In this document: positions 23,819 to 34,464 of the stretch, piece after piece
Numbering within the stretch: the stretch's first letter is position 1
Layout of the letters: every line of letters starts with the position of its first letter
Source of the DNA: Octopus sinensis
Lineage: Eukaryota
Reading direction: 5' to 3'
Assembly (NCBI RefSeq): GCF_006345805.1
Contig: NC_043010.1
Coordinates: forward strand, 32,054,001-32,118,000
Length of the DNA stretch: 64,000 bases
Translations under genes and position numbers: made by a program
Notes under the pieces: generated by a model
What the model was told of the DNA's origin: nothing
Seen by the model: only the letters and a program-made list of their open reading frames with translations
Database searches by the model: none

Positions 23819-26117
23819 CTGTGTGTATGTGTGTGTGTGTGGGTGCATGTGTTGTGTGACTGCGTGTGCTTATGTATGTATGTGTTATATATGATGTGTT
23901 ATGATATTCTTTATTGATGTACTGATAGAATGTTGATACAAAAAGCCAAAGTTTTGATGATTTGCACATCATTACTGTCATCCATCAAGGTTGTGTTGTA
24001 TCTAACCTTTGCCACAGACCAGCTATCTCCTACCTCTGCTTTTTCTACTATAATGGCCTCTACTCCTCAGAGCTCTCCAACCATACCCACCAGACATATG
24101 TCTTTCTTTGTCTTGTTATCTATATTATGTGTACCCCACTGCATTCTTCCAGAATCTACACCAACCATTAAGTTGCATTCTTCTTTCCAGATATTCTTCA
24201 CACTGGAATTGTATTCCTTCCTATGTTTTTCCTGAATTGTTAACTATTGTTTTAACAGTATTTCTGATATGGCATAGAAGAAGGAACAGTGCCCATAGCC
24301 ATCACAGACTTCTGAAGACAGGTGAGATCTACCAAGTTGATGTTCACTTGGAACAAATTCAAGTTGTCTGTCAGTGAAACATGAGCAGGAAGAGAATTTC
24401 AGTGGAATGTAGAAGTTCTGAAGAAGAACTTGGGAATAGTAAGTGGAGAACCTGGGAATATTAATTGAATAACCTGGGGTATAAATACAATATGGCAGAT
24501 AAAATCTAGAAAATCGAGTTAGACATTCCACAATTGAAGTGGCAGAGTTGAGGTGCAGAGGCCATAATAGTAGTAATATTAGAGAGATGAAATCACATGT
24601 TTGTGAACCAGAGACTGGAATGGTTTCTCTCAGCAACATCCCAGATATGGGAACAGTGCTCTATATTTTTTTGTCTGTTTTTTCTTTTAGTCAGTGCCTT
24701 TGACCTGTTACAGGACTAATGGAAGGGAGAGAGGTACCCTTAAATTGGAACCCTGGCTACATGTGCTTGTAATGGAATAAATTCCAATAAAGGTATCCAA
24801 GTTGCTAGGTGGTAGTTAAGTCTACCATCCAAGTAGGTCCTGCCTGAATTTGAACTCAGAACGTGAAAAGTTGAAACAGATGTTACAAGGTACCCTGTTC
24901 AATGTTTTTACATTTTTGTCAATTTCCTCCCTTAGATTGGTAATTTTTTTATTGACCCCCCCCCCCCCCCCCAAATGAAGAAAAGTCAAAGGTGACCTCA
25001 GTGGGATTTGAGCTCAGAGCATTCAGTTGACCACAGTTGTGAGCATTACTTGAGTTTTGTAGATCATTAGTAATTATTTTGAATGGCTGAAGTATTTTCT
25101 GGATCTGCAGTGGAAGGCCAGTCTTTGTGATGTAATTTTGACTATGTGGATGATGTGTATTCACTAGAAAAAATCTTCAGTGATGGTAAGCCTGAGCATT
25201 TGTAGTAATTTTAAGGAATTTAGTTGCATGGTATCTACGTTTTGGGTATGTGGGGTACAATGTTTTTTTTTTTTTTTTGTATGTGCTGGGATTGCCTCTT
25301 TTTTCTGTTGAAGAACACAAGATTGGCATGGCTACAGTGAGGATGTTTTCAGTGTTTGTATTTATTGCATGTAGGATTGGAGTGATGTATTTAGGTTGCA
25401 TGATAGTGATAATTTAATGTCAAAAGTCTGGGAACAATGAAGGGTTGTATCATCTGCAGAGAAGTGTATGTTGCTGGAGTTAACAGCAAGTAGGTTGTAT
25501 TATGTTAATGAGAAAAACCATTAAACAGTTTCCTGATTAACAAACCACAACATTCCTGATGATTTGAGTAGACATAACTTTTAAATCAATGTAATTTAAG
25601 CTAATTAATCAAGAATCACAATTATGTAATTATACATTTAATGATGTTTATTTTAGTAATACAGCTGATGAGCACAAAGCATGAACTATATGTGAAGTTT
25701 ATGCTTTCCTGCTTCTCTACTAAATATGTTACTCTTAAAGATGATTCTAAAGGATGATGTATATATGTACATGCAAATCGGTCCCAACTGGATTTACTTC
25801 AATATAATAGCATGCTGGAGTTTAACAAACTGTTATTAATTGAGATCTTAATTACTGTGGGTGTTTTTCTTATGTTTATGAATCAATTCTCTGGATGAGT
25901 AAAAGAGATCAAGACGCTTAACTCTGCAATATCAACCATTCAAGATTATGATGATTGAAGACATGCCCTTAGAACAAAGATGCACTTGATGTCTTCAGGA
26001 GAAGTAGAGAAGTATATATGTAAAGTTACACCTTCCATTCTTCCAACCAAATATTTATAAGGTCCTCATGTTATAGAATGTGTATGATTTGTTTATGTAT
26101 TTGGGTGTAGCTAGGGT

Positions 26118-26187
26118 GGGGACTGAACGCAGAACCATGTGGTTGGGAAGCAAGCTTCTTACTTCACAGCCACTCCTGTGCCTATGT
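26118..26187 (-). mobile_element. SINE family A head fragment
   Basis: GGGACTGAAC..AGAACCATGTGGTTGGGAAGCAAGCTTCTTAC...CAGCCAC. Confidence 0.75.
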
Positions 26188-26212
26188 ATGTATAATACAT
26201 ACATATATATAT

Positions 26213-26688
26213 ATATAGGAAAAGAAAAAGAAAATGGAGATAGTGAAGTTAATAATTGTTTATTATTAACAACAAATCAAACATCATCCCTTACAGCTGT
26301 TTCAATTAAAACTCAGTGAATTAATTAAATATTAAATTCACATGCCCTGAGCATAATATCTTCAGAGGAAAAAATATACCCTTGGATGTTTTATATATGT
26401 GTTTATGGATTCATTATATCAGGCTGCAAACCCCTCACCTGAACACATGAAAATACCGATCATAAACAGTATCATTCAGTCTGATATAATGAATCCATAA
26501 ACACACATATCAGACATCCAAGGGTATATTTTTCCCCTCTGAATGTATTATGCTCAGGGCTTATGAATTTAATATTTAATTAACTCATTAAGCTTTAATT
26601 GAAACAGATGTAAGGGATTATGAGTGATTTGTTATTAATAATAAACAATTAACTTCCCAATCTCCATTTTCTTTTTCTTTTTTCATAT
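26213..26688. mobile_element. Foldback element, ~213-bp arms and 50-nt loop, hammerhead fold on - at 26287-26370 (degenerate mirror ~26533-26617)
   Basis: Minus strand reads UUCCU-CUGAAGA-[long stem II]-GAAA-CAGCUG-UA-AGGGA, with palindromic helix III ACAGCUGU. Confidence 0.85.
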
Positions 26689-26802
26689 AATTATAAACTA
26701 TATTATTTTAAGGAACTCAATTGCCCCACAATATTAGGTATTGAACCATTATTTCTTTAGATGACACCATCCCTTCATGAGGTTAAGATAACCTCTAGTT
26801 GA

Positions 26803-26848
<46 letters not shown>

Positions 26849-26894
26849 TATATGTGTGTGTGTGTGTGTATGCAGGCATGTATGTATGTATATA

Positions 26895-27055
26895 TGTATG
26901 TGACTGTGTGTCTAGAAGTTTGCTTCCGAACCACATGGTTTTGGGTTTTATTCCACTGCATGGCACCTAAGGCTAGTGTCTTGTACGATAGCCTTGGATC
27001 AGCCAAACCCTTCTGAGTGGATTTGGTAGAGAGAAACTCAAAGAAGCTTGTCATT
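26895..27055 (+). mobile_element. Degenerate SINE family A 5' part
   Basis: GTGACTGTGTGTCTAGAAGTTTGCTTCCGAACCACATGG...GAGTGGATTTGGTAGA. Confidence 0.7.
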
Positions 27056-27988
27056 TATGTGCATACACACATGCACACATATGCAAAAACATGCTTGTAA
27101 ATATGTGCATAGATTCAATGTAGAAATGAATATTGTTACTATAAAACAACAACTACCAGAATAACAACTCAGTTATTACTCCATTACTATTAACTACATC
27201 TCCAACAGCAATATCTCTGCAGTCATCACAACCACCAGCATCTTTAATATCATCAGCAGCTCAAGAACAACAACACCAGAATTATCTCCACAATCATTGC
27301 TAATACTGATGTACTTTCAATACATTAAATTTAATCTACCAAATCTTCAGGTTATATCATGGCTAAGACAGATAAATAATATGTTGTTAAGTTGAAGTCC
27401 TAAAGATGTATTGTGTAATCTTATGAATTTTATACATCTGTACATGTCTACTTATATGATATTATGTCACATTATAATCTCATAATGAAACATTTTAGAT
27501 ATGCCTTGAAATCTGTTTGTCTGCTTTATTAGTATATTTCACCATTCCTAAAGTTCTATGTTATATTGGATTATCTTGGTTTTGCTGCATGCTGAACACC
27601 AGTAAAATTCTCTTCATTGATGCAGTCTCTGCAGACTGACTGGATTCTTTTATTTGTTGATTTGTGCCATACTATCTAGTCATCATAAGTAGTGTGATTC
27701 ATATTGATGTGCCTTGCAATATTCAGTAGATTCCCATCAAATTAACACACACACATGTACGCATGCACAAACACACACGTACACAATAAAAAAATAAATA
27801 TAATATCCAAGGAAGAAAGATAGCTTCGAGCAAACCATAGTAAATATAAAAACAACTTTCAGGGATAACAGTAGTTTATTGAGACAGAAGCTTGTGGATT
27901 TGTTTTCTTATTGAAGTACAATAAATTGAAAAAAGTTCTTTTTATATTTCATGGTGCACACCCAGGGTTAATGGGTATGCAAATAAGA

Positions 27989-28241
27989 ATACAAGAGTTA
28001 AGGAATGGAACTGATAAGATCCAGGCTACATATGCTTCATACTGAGTGGAACCTCGGAAGAGGTAAATATCCAAGCAAGGTGTGTACTGCATGCTACTTT
28101 TCAGGCCTAGGATATCTTGATTGGCCTGAAGAGCAACCTGTGGTATACACCTCGCTTGGATATTTACCACTTCTGAGGTTTTGCTTGCTATGAGATATAT
28201 GTAACCCAGATCTTATCTACTCCATTTCTTAACTCTTGTAT
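27989..28241. mobile_element. Foldback element, ~119-bp arms and 15-nt loop, two degenerate hammerhead folds
   Basis: The arm consensus reads GGC-CUGAAGA-GUAGC..GCUAU-GAA(A)-CAUAUG-UA-GCC. Followed by (AAT)n. Confidence 0.8.
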
Positions 28242-28285
28242 ATATAATAATAATAATAATAGTAATAATAATAATAATAATAATG

Positions 28286-28320
<35 letters not shown>

Positions 28321-28530
28321 TATTATTATAATAATAATAATAATAATAAAGGATGAAATCGTTAGAAATTTTATCAGTGGCCAACATATAAAATAGACCT
28401 ATTAAGGTGAATTCATATACAGAGATTTATAATAGTAGAAAATATAACTATAATTAAGGGCACATGCCTATGTACTGAAAATAGATGTTAAATCATTGAA
28501 CCACTTTAAATTATCACTTTTATAATGCAC

Positions 28531-29053
28531 ACATGTTGAAAGCAAGGGAGTAGGCTGACAGAAATTCATAAAATAATTCAGATAGCCTTGGATTGATCAA
28601 TATCTGGATTTGTCTAATGATTTTTCCTCATCAACAAAGCATACTGAGGGAAATAAATGAAACATTTATAAATGCTCACAGAAAAGCAAATGCAAAGCTG
28701 TGATTACATACACATACCACAAATAATTTTTAATGATTTTTATCCTTTATTATTATAATTGAATAATTTCCTTTCACTTCAGGACAGTTTAGTCACTTCC
28801 GTACTACTCTGACCAATTACACATGTCTTGTGGTAGTCTATGAAATTTGATGCAGATATATTGGTGATATTTGTATGCAATCACAACTTTGCATTTGCTT
28901 TTCTGTAGGCATGTATAAACGTCTCATTTATTTTCCTCAGTATGCTTTGCTGATGAGGAAAAGTCATTAGACTAATCCAAAAATTGATCAATCGAAGGAT
29001 ATCTGAATTATTTTATGAATTTCTCTTAGCCAACTCCCTCGCTTTCAATATGT
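28531..29053. repeat. Older foldback, ~195-bp diverged arms and ~133-nt spacer
   Basis: ACATGTTGAAAGCAAGGGAG...CACAAATA (28531-28725) is the reverse complement of 28859-29053 with scattered mismatches. Confidence 0.85.
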
Positions 29054-29128
29054 ATTTTCAACATATAGGCATAGTACTCTCTGTGCCCTTAATAATAATT
29101 GCATTTTATACTATTATAAATCTATAGA

Positions 29129-29354
29129 TATATGTAAAAAATTAGAAAAAAAACACCTTTTATCAATTCAAAATAAACAATTAAATTACACCATTTAGAA
29201 AATTACATATAATAGAAATATTAAAATAAAAATAACAATAAAATGTCAATGATTAAGTAAATTGCAAAAAAATAATAAAACGTATATAATTGGTGTAATT
29301 TAATTGTTCATTTTGAATTGATAAAAGGTGTTTTTTTCTAATTTTTTATATATA
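29129..29354. mobile_element. MITE-like foldback, ~65-bp arms ending in TA repeats
   Basis: AAAAAATTAGAAAAAAAACACCTTTTATCAATTCAAAATAAACAATTAAATTACACCA pairs with TGGTGTAATTTAATTGTTCATTTTGAATTGATAAAAGGTG... Confidence 0.8.
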
Positions 29355-29460
29355 TATTTTATTGTGGGAAATTTGATTTAGTATTTCTAAATTGAATTTT
29401 TTCCCTGTAAGTTTGGATTTATATTCCCTCAAATAATAATAAATATATATATATAGATAG

Positions 29461-29967
29461 ATATGAATAAAAAATGGAGTTAACGCAGGTTTAAACAAGT
29501 ATTTTTACTTTCTACATATGTTTCGAAAATTCCACTGATACTATTCAAATGAATAAAAGGTATAAACAATGCAATCTTCTCTTCGGGAAAGTGAAAAAAC
29601 GAAACTCGTCAATACGACATTTTAGCAAAATAGTGAATGTTAAATATAAATGAAATTAAAGTTAAATTTCCTTTATATTTAACATTCACTATTAATATCC
29701 CTACTCTTTCTGTTAGCTACTTATGACGTTATATCACATAACGTTTTTTTAAACAATATTAATAGCGTTCTGTCTATCGCTATACGAATCCATCATTTTT
29801 TGCTAAAATGTCGTATTGACGAGTTTCTTTTTTTCGCTTTCCCGAAGAGAAGATTGCATTGTTTATACCTTTTATTCATTTGAATAGTATCAGTGGAATT
29901 TTCGAAACATATGTAGAAAGTAAAAATACTTGTTTAAACCTGCGTTAACTCCATTTTTTATTCATAT
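29461..29967. mobile_element. Young foldback element, 170-bp arms (168/170 identical) with a nested hairpin in the spacer
   Basis: Arms at 29461-29630 and 29798-29967. Inner hairpin at 29631-29650 / 29672-29691. Confidence 0.95.
29837..29920 (+). ncRNA. Minimal type I hammerhead-like ribozyme, U4C core (mirror copy 29507-29592 on -)
   Basis: CUUUC-CCGAAGA-GAAGAUU[..]AAUUUUC-GAAA-CAUAUG-UA-GAAAG. Stem II is 7 bp and closed by G10.1-C11.1. Helix III is the palindrome ACAUAUGU. Predicted cleavage at GUA after 29915. Confidence 0.7.
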
Positions 29968-30448
29968 TATTCAAATATTCAACGTAAACACGAAGTTTCA
30001 ACCTTTATAAACAAGGAGTTACAACATCTTTACTTGTGAGATTTTTGCTGCCCTGGTAACTATTTATTTATTTTTCCATGTTAATTGTTAACAAGGTAAA
30101 ATACACTCATCTATTTATATAGATAGATATATATATACACATAAATATACAAGGATGATATAACCCTAAGATGGAGGACAACAAACTTTAACAATAGGTC
30201 ATAACATTTGTTTCTGCACTATCCACCAGCTTTAAGTTGCTGAGTTTATATTCAAGGATCATTAGTGAAGAAAATTTTTTTAATAATTATTGTACAGTTA
30301 AATGCTGCCCAGCAACAGCCATGTGTATCTAGCCTTGGAATATACCCCAGTGTAGGATATCATGTGGTAGTCAAATAATGATGTAAGAATGCTTATACAC
30401 CAGTTAGAGGATTTTATCCAAATTATATTATATACACATCCATCCATA

Positions 30449-31673
30449 CAGGGTCTTGCAGATAAATTGAGACAATTTCTACGATGGATAAAACTAGTTA
30501 TAAATACTAATATAATGGTAGTAGACAGATATAGTTTTAATGTAACAGTTATTACAGTTACTGCCTCCACCTGAGAATGAAATTTTCATGCAGCTGCTGC
30601 ATCCTCCACCTTTTTGATTTTGCATGTCACATGCGCAATGCAGGTCTTCAAACTGTTGACACTCAAGTGTGGTGAAGTACGCCCCATAAAAAGTGATCAA
30701 GAAGATTGAAGTCTGGGCTATTACTGGGCCTGATGTTGGCTCTCACGAAAAATGACACCTTCTCACCAAGGAAGGCCTGTGTTGCTTTTGACCCATGGGA
30801 TGGTGCAGAATCTTAGATAAGCACTACATTGTCAAGCCCAAACTTCTGCTCCATACAAGGTAACAGAGATTTCTTTGGGATTTCCAGATACTCATTTGTG
30901 TCGATCTTCAAGCCAGACTCAATGAAGTGTGGATCCATAACACTTCCATCACTCACCACGGCTCCAAATACCATCACAGAGGCAGGATTCTTAGTTTCAA
31001 AACAGGGGAAGGGGCGTCAGAAGAGTTGTACACAATCACTTAAGAATTTTTATGATTCACCTCAGCATCCACAGTGAACTTCTTGTCCACAAACACTAGA
31101 GCTTTTCCTGTACCTTGATGCTTGATGAATGAGAGAAGCTTTGGGCATCTCTCAGCTCTGATTGCTTAGCCCTTGGCTGTTAGTAGATGATGGTGGTGTC
31201 AAACATAGCTAGTCATGACAAGGTTCCTGTTCACAGCTCTGGACACCGTGGAAAGGGAGACATTGCATTTCTTTGCAAGAGTTGTCATGGATGTGGATGT
31301 GTTGGCTTCAATCAAGCATTTGAGGACAGTGAGAAACTTTGGATTGCACTTGGAATCATTTCAAGTCTTGTGTTCTTTTCTATCAATCTTTCCTTCTTCT
31401 TTAAATCGTTTATACACCCGATAAACTATTGCATTTGGAAGTTTTGTCAGCTGAACAATTTTATTGGCAGTTTGCCCAGCACATGCCAAAATAACAGTGG
31501 CAGAACGATTCTGTTGTTCTGTGACTTTCTGTTGCCGAATCAGTTCACTATTTATTTGAAAAATAAAGTGGGGGATTAGGTTTTCAAGCAAGCAAGGTTT
31601 TGTCGAGTAATGAAATGTTAAATCCATTAAGTCAACTGCTTAAAATTGCTCTTAATTTATCTGCAAGACCCTG
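30449..31673 (-). mobile_element. Full-length Tc1/mariner-superfamily maT (DD37D) DNA transposon, decayed transposase
   Basis: 20-bp exact TIR CAGGGTCTTGCAGATAAATT with TA TSDs. Minus strand reads VLI*DSAPSHGSKATQAFLGEKVSFFVRANIRPSNSPDFNLLDHFLWG, with 37 residues between the last two Asp. Several stops are present. Confidence 0.9.
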
Positions 31674-31718
31674 TACATACATATACAGACATATATACAT
31701 TTATAAACATATATATAT

Positions 31719-31764
<46 letters not shown>

Positions 31765-31865
31765 ATATATATGTATTTAATATAATATTAGGGAAGTTAT
31801 TTCCAAGTCCACAGGGGAGAGAAGTTCAATTTAATAGTACTAAAATGAATTACTCACTGTATTAT

Positions 31866-31902
<37 letters not shown>

Positions 31903-32604
31903 TAGGTTTAAGAGACAGAATCACCCAGGATGAATGAAAAATTAAATGTAAACATAATCTGAATTGCCTATTTAATAAGATGACATAACATTTGATTTGT
32001 TAGAAAATAAATAAAACCCTAATTTTAGATCAAATAAAATTTAATCATAATACTTAGATATTATGTATAATCATAATTTATTATTTAGTGTAACTAGAAT
32101 ATATTTACTTATTTATATATAAACGTAAGATAATATTTAATTAACTTCTAATTTCAGATATTTTAGTTTCTTAATAAAAATTTATAGTATAATATTAGAT
32201 GGTATTATTCTAAACTTTTGATCTTAATTTAGAAACTCAATTTTAAGAATAATATTATAATCAATATAGATTAATTGTATTATAATTATAAAAATAATAA
32301 AAAATTATACTTTTACTGATTTTTACTAATTTTTACTGACTTTTACTTGATTCAAAATATTTTAAATGCTTTAAAATTATAAGTTGAGTAATTTAGTTTA
32401 CCTAAAAATTTATTATTTATCAAAGTTAACGTATAAATAATATAAATTAACCAGGAAAAAAAAGACAATTCCCATCATACACTCACTTCTGGCTTCTCCT
32501 GATTTATTATAAATAATAGAAAATATCCTTTAAAGACTTTTAAATATTAATGTATCTGTATATGTGAATGAGTGTGTGAATCATCATTTAACTTGTATAT
32601 AATT

Positions 32605-32826
32605 TTTTTTAGCTGTTTCTTGTTTCTGTCATTTGACTGTGGCCTTGCTGGAGCACTGCCTTGAGCTTTAGTCAAACAAATCAACCCCAGAACTTTTAAG
32701 CTTAGTACATATTCCATCAACTACTTTTGTCAAACCACTAAATTACAGGAATGCAAACAGACCAACACTGGTTGCCAAGTGGTGGTGGGTGACATATATA
32801 GACACAAACATACACACACACACACA

Positions 32827-32857
<31 letters not shown>

Positions 32858-33025
32858 CTTCCTTTAGTTTCTACTCCCCAAATCTACTCGCAAGGCTTTG
32901 GTTGTCCTGAGGCTATATAAGACGAAGACACTTGCCCAAGGTGCCATGTTGAACCCAGAACCATGCAAACCTGGAACTATGTGGTTGGGAAGGAAGCTTC
33001 TTACCCCAGAGCCACATCTGTACCT
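32605..33025 (-). mobile_element. SINE family A, near full length, degenerate
   Basis: Tail GTCATTTGACTGTGGCCTTGCTGGAGCAC, internal (CA)n, head ATGTGGTTGGGAAGGAAGCTTCTTAC. Confidence 0.8.
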
Positions 33026-33224
33026 TTGGTCACACAAAATTTATTGGAGGCAGATTTTCTATGACCATTCCTTTCCTGTCATCAACCCTCAATTGCTTCC
33101 AAGCAAGGTAATAATTCCTGTGGTCAGACATATTTCAGTTGATAGGAAAAGAATTATGTTGCCTGTATGATGGTGTGGCTCATATACAATCATTATATGA
33201 TGTCAAGACCAAGCAGTGTTCAAA

Positions 33225-33389
33225 CACATGCATATAAAACAGGTTTCTTTCAGTTTCCATCACCCAAAGCCACTCTAAAGGTTGTGTGGTCAGCTAAAGT
33301 AGAAAATACTTGCTGCACAGTGGGACCAAACCTAAGACCACACGGTTGAGAAGCAAATTTCTAAACATAGCCATGCTAGCACCTATGCC

Positions 33390-33390
<1 letters not shown>
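33225..33390 (-). mobile_element. Degenerate SINE family A head
   Basis: TTTCTTTCAGTTTCC...CAGTGGGACCAAAC..GGTTGAGAAGCAAA. Confidence 0.55.
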
Positions 33391-33425
<35 letters not shown>

Positions 33426-33872
33426 ATATAATATATATATATATTATATATATATATATATTTGAAGAGAGAGAGAGAGAAAGATCTTTGATGTTTATAC
33501 ATCAATTTTGCTCCCCACCCTCTCTGTCTTTCTTTCACTCTATACGTTTATATATACAGTATAATTTCCCATGATATAAACCCAATTCTTTTGTTTTCGT
33601 TAATCCACATATATAGTCCACATTTTTTCTCTTCACCACAATGGAGAAAACCTCTACTCTTTAAATTATTTTTTTATGGCATATTGTTTCTGTGTGCGTG
33701 CGTACGCACACACATGCATGTATCTGTGGTGCATGTATGTGTTTGTGCTTTATGTTTGTGAATATGTGTATGTGAATATGTGGGAGTTTGTATGTATATA
33801 TACATATATGCATATAAATATATGTATATGTATATATACGTATATATATCTATATCTATCTATCCATCTATG

Positions 33873-33941
<69 letters not shown>

Positions 33942-34344
33942 ATGAGCACGTGCATTGTTCATGTGTGTAGAGGTGTGTATGTGTTTGTGTGTGATGAACA
34001 GTATCTAATATAAAAATTAACACACATATCATGTCTGGCTAAATTAATCTTTGGTGTCTGATTTTTCCACAGTTAATAACATCGAGAAATATAACGTTCA
34101 TATCACCAGAACTGCGTGTATATATTTATGTATGTATGTGCATGTGTGTGTGTGTGTGTGTATGCATGTATGTATGTGTGTATGTGCATATGTATATATG
34201 TATATATCAATGTTTGTGCATGTGTGTATGTATGTGTAAGTATGCTGGCAAGTATGTATATTAATACTCATACACATATGGTGGGCTTTGTTATTTGTCA
34301 TATTTTATGTAGGGTGTAACTGTCTGTCTCTGTCTGTTCGTCTG

Positions 34345-34419
<75 letters not shown>

Positions 34420-34464
34420 TGTAATCTATATGAGTGTGTATAATATATGTGACAAATATAACTT

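Noticed and set aside
31930-32560. Mitochondrial rRNA NUMT
   Set aside because: AT-richness fits, but I could not find conserved 12S/16S motifs such as GTGCCAGC or GATTAGATACCC. Kept only as an unexplained AT island.
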